A DNA stretch of 64,000 nt from Thermoplasmata archaeon. GTDB lineage: Archaea; Thermoplasmatota; Thermoplasmata; Thermoplasmatales; GCA-001856825. The notes beneath the pieces were generated by a model. That model searched no databases. It was not told the DNA's origin and saw nothing but the letters and a program-made list of their open reading frames with translations. The translations under genes and the position numbers were made by a program. Below, piece by piece: positions 1-8,354 of the stretch (position 1 is its first letter; each line of letters opens with the position of its first letter). Location of the stretch: positions 10,874 to 74,873 of the forward strand of contig JBMFTY010000002.1 of the NCBI GenBank assembly GCA_049966795.1, written 5' to 3'.

Positions 1-883
1 CTATGTCCTCGTCTATCCTTCCAACCCTGTCCTCAAGGCGCTCGTAATAGGAGGCTGGCGTCTCGAGGAATTGTATGCCTCTCTCCCTCATCCTCCTCAC
101 GGTTTCAATTATATTGTCAGTGCTAAGGGCTATATGCTGCACTCCCGGTGACTCGTAATAGTCAAGGTACTCCTGGATCTGGGATTTCTTCAACCCAAGC
201 GCCGGTTCGTTTATCGGGAGGATAATCTTCCTTCCGCCGTATTCCACCACCTTGCTCCTGAGAGCAGAATATTCCGTGCTTATATCCCTGTCATCGAAGC
301 TTATCAGCTGCCTGAATCCCAGTCCCCGGACGTAGTAATCGACCCAGGGGTCCATCTTATTTTCCTCCACGTTTCCAACCACATGATCAATTTTCCTCAC
401 GGCGGCCTTTCCTTCCTCGCTTTCCACGCTCACGAATCCCGGGGGGAGCTCTGAATTCCATTCACCGTAATCTACAAGGGTGTGTGAAGTTTCCCCGAAC
501 GTCGGGACTGTGGATTTCTTTACCACTCCATAGTCTCCTTTTTCCGAGCGGACACTGGATGGTGAGGCAACCCCCCTCTCCCTCACGAATGAAACTGTGT
601 CCTCTATGTCATCAACTTTCAGCGCAATGTCCTTGACGCCGTCCCCATGCATTTCAACATGCCTCGATATTTCAGAGTCTCTCGAAAGAAAGCCTGTGAA
701 GACAAAATTCACATCCCCCTGCTTAAGCAGGTATGATATACGATCCCTCACGCCGGTTTCAGGGCCGGAGTAGCCGATGATCCGAAAGCCCATGGCCTTC
801 TGGTGGAAATACGCCCACTGCTTGGCAGAACCAACGTAAAATTCAATGTGGTCGATACCCTCGAAAATATTGCTGGCTGTCAT
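1..883 (-). CDS. hppD: 4-hydroxyphenylpyruvate dioxygenase (3' end cut by window edge)
   Basis: Absent from the ORF track because it runs off the window. My own reverse translation from the ATG at 883-881 gives MTASNIFEGIDHIEFYVGSAKQWAYFHQKAMGFRIIGYSGPETGVRDRISYLLKQ and later YYESPGVQHIALSTDNIIETVRRMRERGIQFLETPASYYERLEDRVGRIDEDI. This is the typical HPPD two-module pattern, including the GVQHIA metal-ligand region. Confidence 0.8.
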   Translation of the reverse strand, partial: MTASNIFEGIDHIEFYVGSAKQWAYFHQKAMGFRIIGYSGPETGVRDRISYLLKQGDVNFVFTGFLSRDSEISRHVEMHGDGVKDIALKVDDIEDTVSFVRERGVASPSSVRSEKGDYGVVKKSTVPTFGETSHTLVDYGEWNSELPPGFVSVESEEGKAAVRKIDHVVGNVEENKMDPWVDYYVRGLGFRQLISFDDRDISTEYSALRSKVVEYGGRKIILPINEPALGLKKSQIQEYLDYYESPGVQHIALSTDNIIETVRRMRERGIQFLETPASYYERLEDRVGRIDEDI

Positions 884-969
884 TGGACATTCAACGAAAA
901 AGAGTATTTTAATTTAGCTTTATATGATTAATGTCACCAAAATATTAGGGAAAAGAAAATTAACGACAG

Positions 970-1224
970 ATGATTGTGAAAAGGATGCTTGATTTTCCTC
1001 AGGGAATAGAGAAGCTCAAAAGACATATGAAGTCCGCATTCGGCATAGAGGAGGTCAGGGTTACCATGGCAAAGCAGGAGAAGGATCAGACGAATGAGAA
1101 GGACGTCTGGAGATACAATGTGGAATTTACGGAGAACGGAAAGGTTGTCAAGGCAATGGTGGAGATAAACGCGGTGACGGGAGACCTCCTGCTATTCCAG
1201 AGAGATTCACAGTGGAGAATTTGA
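970..1224 (+). CDS. small hypothetical protein, PepSY-like C-terminal half
   Basis: 84-aa ORF. The segment WRYNVEFTENGKVVKAMVEINAVTGDLLLF resembles the PepSY-type beta motif. No other recognisable signature. Confidence 0.4.
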   Translation: MIVKRMLDFPQGIEKLKRHMKSAFGIEEVRVTMAKQEKDQTNEKDVWRYNVEFTENGKVVKAMVEINAVTGDLLLFQRDSQWRI

Positions 1225-1324
1225 CCTCTCCTCTAATGAAGGGCTTCGTGTTGTTATTTTAAATGACAAAGGTTATCAGGAGTGATAAAGTAATTTTAAT
1301 ATACTAAATAAAGATACCGAACCC

Positions 1325-1858
1325 ATGGAAACGCAGAAAAACGTTTGGACAATAGACAAGAAGCACAGCACAATTGAATTTTCAGTGAGGCACATGATGG
1401 TCTCCACTGTGAAGGGAAGATTCAGGGAGTACGACGGCAACATAGTTCTTGATCCCGTGAAGCTGGAGGACTCAAGCGCAAGCGTGACAGTGGATGTTGC
1501 ATCGATCTCCACAGAAGAGCCTGACAGGGACAACGACCTCAAATCAGAGAAGTTCTTCGACGTTCAGAAATATCCGAAGATTTCATTTCAGAGCTCTAGG
1601 ATATATAGGGACGGAGATGAAGTTGTCGTGGAAGGAAAGCTCACGATAAGGGACGTGACAAAGGATATTAGGGTTCGCGGGCAACTTGAGGGGCCTGTGA
1701 AGGACCCATACGGGATGACAAGGGTGGGTTATGACGGAGAGGCAACCGTAAACAGGAAGGATTTCGGGCTGAAATGGAATGTTGTGCTAGAAGGAGGGGG
1801 CGTGATGGTTGGGGATGCCGTAAAGATAAATGTCCACTTTGAGCTAATCTCCTCTTGA
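1325..1858 (+). CDS. YceI-family (polyisoprenoid-binding) protein
   Basis: WTIDKKHSTIEFSVRHMMVSTVKGRFREYDG and ISTEEPDRDNDLKSEKFFDVQKYPKISFQS match the YceI lipocalin-like signature. Confidence 0.8.
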   Translation: METQKNVWTIDKKHSTIEFSVRHMMVSTVKGRFREYDGNIVLDPVKLEDSSASVTVDVASISTEEPDRDNDLKSEKFFDVQKYPKISFQSSRIYRDGDEVVVEGKLTIRDVTKDIRVRGQLEGPVKDPYGMTRVGYDGEATVNRKDFGLKWNVVLEGGGVMVGDAVKINVHFELISS

Positions 1859-1860
1859 TT

Positions 1861-2370
1861 TCAGTAGATTGTAACACCTTTTATCTTACTTGATTTTTTT
1901 ATTTCAGGAATGACATCAGGGGGCACAGGGGCGTCTGTAATCACGTAGAGTTTCGGGTCCTTCACGAAGTCAGGATCGTCACCTATGGCCTGCCTGATGC
2001 TTATTCCATGTTTCGCCAGAGCCTCCGAAACCTCATGTATTATGCCTGGCTGCCTTGCATCAAAAGCTTCAATCACGATCTCCCCAAGTCCTATAATCGG
2101 TCCTATCTGGCCAAGGTGAAGGGTTGATCTAAGATTAGAGAACACCCTTGAAAGTTCCTCATCCCCGCTTATGTTATCCACAACGGACTTCACGACCCGA
2201 ACATCCACGTTACAGGCATTGGCTATGGATCTCGGCTCTATCTCAATGTCGTTGCACATGATTTTCCCGTCTCTTACAGAAATGCCATACTCCAGGATCT
2301 TGAAAACAACAATCCTTTGAGAATGAAGCTTCGAGAACCTTTCCTCGATCAGTTCTCTAACGTTTTCCAT
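1861..2370 (-). CDS. ACT-domain putative regulator of amino-acid metabolism (COG2150-like)
   Basis: 169 aa. It has an N-terminal HTH-like part and a C-terminal ACT-like part (GEIVIEAFDARQPGIIHEVSEALAKHGISIRQAI). The architecture is typical of small archaeal ACT regulators. Confidence 0.55.
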   Translation of the reverse strand: MENVRELIEERFSKLHSQRIVVFKILEYGISVRDGKIMCNDIEIEPRSIANACNVDVRVVKSVVDNISGDEELSRVFSNLRSTLHLGQIGPIIGLGEIVIEAFDARQPGIIHEVSEALAKHGISIRQAIGDDPDFVKDPKLYVITDAPVPPDVIPEIKKSSKIKGVTIY

Positions 2371-2505
2371 TGAAATAGTTATCCGTCAGCGCATATTTGT
2401 TTTTCGCTAGTCCTTCCTGTTTGATCGTTCAAGCTGTTGATTTTCCTTCCATAAAAGCCGGCGAAAGGAATAAAACATTGATAAAGAGGATTTCCATGCT
2501 AATTT

Positions 2506-3879
2506 GTGAGCTACATTGAGGAATTGAAGCACATTCTGGGCGATTATCTGATAACAGATCCCGTGGCCAAGCTCCCCTATTTCAAGGATGCCTCATATCT
2601 GCCTGGGGTTGAACCACTTGCCATTGCTATCCCAGAAAACGCAGAGCAGCTACAGGCAGTAATGAGAATTTGTTATGAAAATAGCATACAGGTAACTCCT
2701 AGGGGAGGAGGCACCTCGCTAACGGGCTCTTCGATCCCATCAAAGAATTCCTTGGTGGTGAGCTTTGCAAGGATGAACAAGATTATTGAGATAAACACCG
2801 CTGACAGATACGTCCACGTGGAATCTGGAGTCAGGCTCGACGATCTTAACGCCTATCTTTCCAAGATGAATTTCATTTACCCTCCAGATCCTGGGAGCTC
2901 CATTGCAGCGACGGTCGGGGGTTCATTGTCTACCAATGCAGGCGGGCTCAGGGCAGTGCTCTATGGAGCCACGAAGGAATGGGTCCTCGGCCTCGAAGTG
3001 GTCCTTTCGGACGGTACCCTAATTCAAACAGGAGGAAAGGTCCTGAAGAGGAGCGACGGGTATGATCTGACAGCGCTGATGATAGGAAGCGAGGGGACCC
3101 TGGGTCTCATTACGAAAGCCTTCCTTAAGATCGCAGCGAGGCCGGAGAGGATAGGTAGAATCATATCGTATTACGGGGACATCGAGATGGCATCATCCGC
3201 CATATCCCTTCTGAAATCAAAGGGAATCACGCCTCTAATGGCGGAATTCATGGACAGGATAGCGATGGATTCCATTCAGAAAACAAAGGGTGTGAATTTC
3301 CCAGGGGACGCCCGTTACATGGTGATGGTTGACATCTCCTCGACAAACGAGAGCCTGGAGAGGGTGCTTAGGGAGTCATATGAAATCATCAGGTCAACGG
3401 GTCCAATCTCGATTTACACAACCACAGACGAAGAGGAGATGCAATCTCTATCGAGGATCAGGAAGGGCCTCTATTCAGCAGAACTCAGCGAGAGGAGCAG
3501 CAGGGACGAGATGATCATGACGGGAGACATAGTCGTTCCCTCATCCAGGCTCCCACAGGCCATGAAGGAGCTGGAGGGGAAGAGGAACTCGTTGAAGGTC
3601 TCCCTTTTCGGGCATGTGGGCGACGGAAACATACATGCAAACATTTTCTTCGACGGGGGAAGTTTTGAGGCGGCAAAGAACTACCTTCGCCTGATGGGAG
3701 AAGTTGCGGTGAGGTACGGAGGATCCATTTCCGCTGAGCACGGGATTGGGCTCGAAAAAAAGGAAATGTTTGAGGAGGAACTCAGGGCAAGGGGTTCCCT
3801 CAGAATTCTAGAGATAATGAAGGGTATCAAGAAGGTCATGGACCCGAAGGGAATACTCAACGGGGGGAAGATATTCTGA
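2506..3879 (+). CDS. glcD: FAD-linked oxidase, GlcD / D-lactate dehydrogenase family
   Basis: 457 aa with a GTG start. FAD-binding PCMH-type motifs are present (VTPRGGGTSLTGSSIP, GSEGTLGLITKA), plus the C-terminal GSISAEHGIGLEKK and MDPKGILNGGK typical of GlcD/Dld. Confidence 0.85.
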   Translation: MSYIEELKHILGDYLITDPVAKLPYFKDASYLPGVEPLAIAIPENAEQLQAVMRICYENSIQVTPRGGGTSLTGSSIPSKNSLVVSFARMNKIIEINTADRYVHVESGVRLDDLNAYLSKMNFIYPPDPGSSIAATVGGSLSTNAGGLRAVLYGATKEWVLGLEVVLSDGTLIQTGGKVLKRSDGYDLTALMIGSEGTLGLITKAFLKIAARPERIGRIISYYGDIEMASSAISLLKSKGITPLMAEFMDRIAMDSIQKTKGVNFPGDARYMVMVDISSTNESLERVLRESYEIIRSTGPISIYTTTDEEEMQSLSRIRKGLYSAELSERSSRDEMIMTGDIVVPSSRLPQAMKELEGKRNSLKVSLFGHVGDGNIHANIFFDGGSFEAAKNYLRLMGEVAVRYGGSISAEHGIGLEKKEMFEEELRARGSLRILEIMKGIKKVMDPKGILNGGKIF

Positions 3880-3995
3880 CCGGGATAGAAACACTTGCAG
3901 ATTCTGTTAAGGACTGCATAAACTGCGGTTTCTGTGAGGCTGTCTGTCCAACTTTTCAGGTCACTTTCAATTCCTCCATCGGGGCGAGGGGAAGG

Positions 3996-5093
3996 GTGGA
4001 GATAGCGAAGTACCTTGTCGCCTCACCCACCTCTGAGCTACGGCTAACGATATTCAACTCGTTTTATTCCTGTCTTAACTGCAGCGCATGTCTTTCCGTG
4101 TGTCCAGTGGGCATAAATGCTGGCAGAGTGAGCAGCCTTGCGAGGAAACAGATAGTCAGTAATGGGATGAAAGGAGGGATTGCTGAGGCGATAGTGAGTG
4201 TCACATCCAGGTATGGAAGTCCCCTTGCCATCTCGCCAAACATGGATAGAATTTTGAAAGGGACGAAATCGCTGGAAGACTCGGACACATTGCTCTACAC
4301 AGGACAAATGTACTCACTCGCCGCATGCAGCAGTTCATTCTCCAAGATGGAGAAGATTCTCGGCGCAAAGCTCTCGGACCTAGCTGGAAGATTCATCGCC
4401 ATGTTTCCGGTAACAATGAAACTGATATCAGTGGCAATGAGAGGAAGGGACAGGAAGCTCTACGAGGATAGCGTTCGAGCTATCTCAGCCCTTCTCTCCA
4501 AGAGCGGAGTACCCTTCAAATTCATGGAAAAGGAACCGTACCCCGGAACGTTTCTCCTGGATTTGGGCTACGAGGATGAATTCAGAGAGTATGCATCAGG
4601 AATAGCTTCCGCGTTCAAATCCATGGGAATAAGGAGAATAATAACCGCAGACCCCCACACATACAACCTGCTGAAATATGATTATCCGAAGTACGTGGAT
4701 AACTTCGATTTCGAGATCCTCTTTTACACAGACCTTCTGAAAAGCCAGAATCTCGAGAGAACGGGGGAAACCGTGGTCTTCCATGAGCCCTGCCACATTG
4801 CAAGGGGGAATGAGCCTCTCTCCTCCCCCCTTGCCATCCTGAGAGGAGCATACCGGGTCCTTCTTCCTCAAAGGAGTGGCAGCATGACGGCCTGCTGTGG
4901 AGGACCTGATGAGCTAATGTTTCCGTCCATGGGAGAGAAAATATCCGAGGTTAGATACGAGGAACTCCGCTCGATGGGGGAATACAAGATAGTGACAGCC
5001 TGTCCGGTGTGCCTTTCAAACCTGAGGAAAGATAAAATGGTGACGGACCTTTCTCTTGTTCTGAATGTATCAGGGAGTTCTCGTGGACCTTAG
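3996..5093 (+). CDS. glcF: GlcF-like (Fe-S)-binding subunit with CCG domains; the coding sequence appears to extend upstream to about 3879
   Basis: The second cluster motif CLNCSACLSVCP and the CCG-domain cysteines (HEPCHIARG, TACCGGPD, ACPVCLSNL) lie inside the track ORF. The same frame stays open back to 3774 and encodes the first motif DCINCGFCEAVCPTF at 3912-3956, ahead of the GTG at 3996. See the finding on this junction. Confidence 0.8.
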   Translation: MEIAKYLVASPTSELRLTIFNSFYSCLNCSACLSVCPVGINAGRVSSLARKQIVSNGMKGGIAEAIVSVTSRYGSPLAISPNMDRILKGTKSLEDSDTLLYTGQMYSLAACSSSFSKMEKILGAKLSDLAGRFIAMFPVTMKLISVAMRGRDRKLYEDSVRAISALLSKSGVPFKFMEKEPYPGTFLLDLGYEDEFREYASGIASAFKSMGIRRIITADPHTYNLLKYDYPKYVDNFDFEILFYTDLLKSQNLERTGETVVFHEPCHIARGNEPLSSPLAILRGAYRVLLPQRSGSMTACCGGPDELMFPSMGEKISEVRYEELRSMGEYKIVTACPVCLSNLRKDKMVTDLSLVLNVSGSSRGP

Positions 5094-5165
5094 TACATCA
5101 CGTGACGGGGCCATTTACCTGGAACAGGGTGAAAGTGTTTAATATCGAATTCGCATAGCTACGGG

Positions 5166-5840
5166 ATGGGTCACATCCTTGAATTGTCAATAAAGCAGAC
5201 AGACTGTCCTCATCCGATTCTCACCTCAAAGATTAAGGGCCTGTCGATAATAGTTCTAAACACGATAAGGAACACCGACGGCACGCAAACCAACTTCAGC
5301 ATATTTCACTCTTCTTCCGTTGAAAAGACAAGGGATGCGATCAGGAAGCTGAAGAACTTTCCTAACGTGGAAGTGCAGGAGGTTATAGGCTCCAAGGGGC
5401 AGCTTTTCTCGGCCATATACAAATTCCCGTCAACTTCTGCCTTCCATAGGCTTTCCCTGAAGGGATTCAGGCTCTACCCGATAATTGCCAGGGATGGTAT
5501 AGAGAAGTGGTATTTCTATCTTGAAAAGGAAGATGAGAGGTCGTTCAGCTGGGTTAATGACAGCACGACAACACTCGTGGATGGAAGGAGGCTGTCCGTT
5601 TCGGAATTTTACGACTTCTACGTCCAGCTTTTCTTGGGTATATGGATGGACAGCCAGCACAACAATCTCTCGGAGCTTGACGGCCTGATACTTGAAAACG
5701 CCATAAAGGCGGGGTATTTCAACTGGCCGAGGAGTCTTACGTTATCGGACCTGAGCAAGAAGCTGTCTCTTCCGAAGACAACGCTGGCCTATCACCTGAG
5801 AAAGGTGGAGAAGGTCATGTTCGTGAGGTCCCTTCATTAA
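5166..5840 (+). CDS. HTH_10 (bacterio-opsin activator-like) transcriptional regulator
   Basis: The C-terminus LILENAIKAGYFNWPRSLTLSDLSKKLSLPKTTLAYHLRKVEKVMF is the Bat-type HTH_10 signature (GYF..PR...L.eLa..lgis..t...HLR..E.k). Confidence 0.6.
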   Translation: MGHILELSIKQTDCPHPILTSKIKGLSIIVLNTIRNTDGTQTNFSIFHSSSVEKTRDAIRKLKNFPNVEVQEVIGSKGQLFSAIYKFPSTSAFHRLSLKGFRLYPIIARDGIEKWYFYLEKEDERSFSWVNDSTTTLVDGRRLSVSEFYDFYVQLFLGIWMDSQHNNLSELDGLILENAIKAGYFNWPRSLTLSDLSKKLSLPKTTLAYHLRKVEKVMFVRSLH

Positions 5841-6097
5841 TGATATCCACGTGATCCAAAAATTTTCCATGTTCTAGAAATTACCTAGGGCTGCTTCTCC
5901 CGCAGATGAAAGGGAGCCCACTCAGGTCACGAGGGTGAAAGATTCAGGACGGTGGAATGTCAGGATGACAGAGTTGCAAAGAATAGTGAGCTTTCGCATC
6001 CATCCCCTCAGGCAGGTGTTGCGTGGGAACGAATTGAAGCCGAAATTCAACCACTGATGGGGGTAGAAAAATCGTAATTTCGCAACGCATTCCTTCT

Positions 6098-6126
6098 AAA
6101 AAAGAGAAAAGATTAAAAATAAAAAT
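6098..6126 (-). terminator. oligo-T tracts downstream of the OFOR operon
   Basis: On the minus strand, T5 (6121-6125), T5 (6115-6119) and T6 (6098-6103) follow directly after the TAA stop at 6133-6135. Archaeal intrinsic termination uses T tracts. Confidence 0.5.
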
Positions 6127-6132
6127 AGGGAT

Positions 6133-7128
6133 TTATTTCTCGACCTTCAGGCCAGCGGAGAACGGTACGACTCCTGGAATCTCCCACTCCTCCCACATCT
6201 CGTCTACCTTAGATTGGATATATTCGTAGTCCTCATCTATGAAGTGGGCGAACCTTCCCTGCTTCTCTAGGTACGACCTCACAGGCTCCCTCTTCTTTCC
6301 GCGAAGATCGTACGTGTACACAACCTTCCCCTTGATTATCTCGTAAACGGGGAACAGTCCTGTCTTCACTGCCAGCTCGCCAAGCTCATGGGAATACCTT
6401 GGATGATAGTCCCACCCCTTCGGGCAGGGATCAAGGGTGTGGATCATCGTTGGCCCTCCAATTGCCAGCGCCTTCTTCACTTTGTTCATGTAATCCATCG
6501 GCGGGAAAGTGGCTACCGCGGTCGCAACGTACTTTACGTTCGGATGGCCGACAGCGATCATTGGTGCAAGGTTCTTCTTCCACCTCTTGTGCATTATGCG
6601 GTGAACCTTACCGGTGGGCGAGAATGTGGTCTGCGCCCCGTACGTCGTCAGTCCTGAGGCCTGGATGTCTGTGTTCGCTGCGGATTCATTATCGTAAACG
6701 ATCACCAGAAGGTCATAGTCCGACTGCATCGCACCAGAAAGCCCCCCAAGACCGGCATCTCCAGCGCCAAGGTCGCCCGAGAAGTTTATCACGTTTATTT
6801 TCTCGTCCTTTATCTTTCCCTTCCTCCTGAGGGCTCTGAGCCCGGCAGCCATTCCAACTGCTGAAGCCCCTCCACCTGCAAGCTGCGTGTGCATCCACGG
6901 GATCAACCATGGGGTTGTCATGTAAGATGTGTTAGCCACGTACATGCATCCGGTTGCGCCAGTCACGACAGTCCTTGGCCCTGAAGCCTTTGCGAAGTCC
7001 CTCATCACCAGGGCAGATTCGCAACCCTGGCATGTTCTGTGGCCGGAGGTGTAGTACTCCGGAAGATCTATGCTGTGTACTCCCTTGTAAAGCTTCACAT
7101 CCTTGAATTCCTCAACTTCTTTCACCAT
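6133..7128 (-). CDS. 2-oxoacid:ferredoxin oxidoreductase, beta (TPP-binding) subunit
   Basis: Contains CQGCESALVMR and GDLGAGDAGLGGLSGAM (GDG-type TPP motif). 331 aa, sitting 14 nt downstream of the alpha subunit. Confidence 0.85.
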   Translation of the reverse strand: MVKEVEEFKDVKLYKGVHSIDLPEYYTSGHRTCQGCESALVMRDFAKASGPRTVVTGATGCMYVANTSYMTTPWLIPWMHTQLAGGGASAVGMAAGLRALRRKGKIKDEKINVINFSGDLGAGDAGLGGLSGAMQSDYDLLVIVYDNESAANTDIQASGLTTYGAQTTFSPTGKVHRIMHKRWKKNLAPMIAVGHPNVKYVATAVATFPPMDYMNKVKKALAIGGPTMIHTLDPCPKGWDYHPRYSHELGELAVKTGLFPVYEIIKGKVVYTYDLRGKKREPVRSYLEKQGRFAHFIDEDYEYIQSKVDEMWEEWEIPGVVPFSAGLKVEK

Positions 7129-7142
7129 CTTTTTTCACCTCC

Positions 7143-8354
7143 TTACTCCCTCAGTCCTATCCAGTTAACAAGCGGCGTGTCCTTCCTTTCTGTCATCTCG
7201 AACATCTTCCTTACCTCTGCCTTTGATATCTCCCTTCCTCCTAGTCCAGCAATGAAGTTCACCATTCTTGGCCTGTTCTCCATGTCGTACAGCGCAGACC
7301 TGTAGTCGTGGAACGTCACCGCTGCATCGTTCGGGCCAGCAATGGCAAAGTCCCTGTCTATGATTCCGATGTTGCTGACATCTCTCAACGCCTTCTTAAG
7401 TTCCTCCGTTGGGAAAGGCCTGTACCACCTCATCTTGAGGAACCCGACTTTCTTCCCCTCTTTTCTCATGTCCCTTGTTACGGATCTCGCGACGGTTGCC
7501 ACGCTTCCCATGCCTATGAGCACTGTATCAGCATCCTCCACATCCAGCTCCTCAAAGAACGGGTTTTCGTAGCCTGCATTGAATATCTCGTTGTATTCCT
7601 TGTATGCCTGGTAAATCACGCCGCGAGCCCTCCTTCCTGCCTCGTAGTTCTGCCTTCTTAGCTCCATTACCCAGTCCTCGTTGGCCTGCGGTGCGACAGA
7701 AATAGGGTTGTCAGGATGAAGCACCCTGTCTCCCAGACTGTAGGGGGGAAGGAATTTCTTCACTGCCTCCTTTGTCGGAAGCTTCACGAGATGTTCAGAA
7801 TGCGTGAGGTAGCCGCCGTCCATGGCGATTGCAAACGGCATCCTGATCTTGGGGTCTTCTGCAACTCTGTATCCAATGAGTGTCGTGTCCAGCGCCTCCT
7901 GTGCAGTCGATGCCCAGGCAATGAGCCATCCTACATCCCTGACCATAAGGGCATCATTCTGCTCCACTCCGAAAGCTCCCGGATCATCCAGGGCCCTGTT
8001 GCCCACAAGAGCCACCAGAGGGAGCCTGTCCGTTGCAGTGACCACGATAGCTTCCATCGCGTAAAGCCAGCCGACTCCGCTGCTCCCAACAAAGGACCTT
8101 GCTCCGACCGAAGACGCATGCTTCCCGATCTCGAACTGTGAATGCTCCCCGTCAGCTACGATGTATTCTGCGTCCAGCTGGCCGTCGGCCAGGAACTTCG
8201 AAAGCTTGTCCATCACGCTTGTGTATGGCCGGATAGGATATGCGGCAAAAACATCCACATCCGCCAGTCTGACGGCGTGTGCCACTGCCTCCGTTCCAGA
8301 CATGAGTTCTTCAGACTCGAAAACAGACTTCACATTCTGCGATATCTGGCTCAT
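7143..8354 (-). CDS. 2-oxoacid:ferredoxin oxidoreductase, alpha subunit
   Basis: 403 aa with a PorA/KorA-like N-terminus MSGTEAVAHAVRLADVDVFAAYPIRPYTSVMD and SSGVGWLYAMEAI. Its start overlaps the stop of the upstream subunit by 4 nt. Confidence 0.85.
   Translation of the reverse strand: MSQISQNVKSVFESEELMSGTEAVAHAVRLADVDVFAAYPIRPYTSVMDKLSKFLADGQLDAEYIVADGEHSQFEIGKHASSVGARSFVGSSGVGWLYAMEAIVVTATDRLPLVALVGNRALDDPGAFGVEQNDALMVRDVGWLIAWASTAQEALDTTLIGYRVAEDPKIRMPFAIAMDGGYLTHSEHLVKLPTKEAVKKFLPPYSLGDRVLHPDNPISVAPQANEDWVMELRRQNYEAGRRARGVIYQAYKEYNEIFNAGYENPFFEELDVEDADTVLIGMGSVATVARSVTRDMRKEGKKVGFLKMRWYRPFPTEELKKALRDVSNIGIIDRDFAIAGPNDAAVTFHDYRSALYDMENRPRMVNFIAGLGGREISKAEVRKMFEMTERKDTPLVNWIGLRE

Noticed and set aside
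5900-5975. C/D-box sRNA candidates (AGATGAA and GGATGAC here, and a similar AGATGA...CTGA arrangement at 49880-49985).
   Set aside because: The boxes deviate from RUGAUGA/CUGA. The spacing is wrong (about 95 nt for the second candidate). There is no terminal stem or C'/D' pair.
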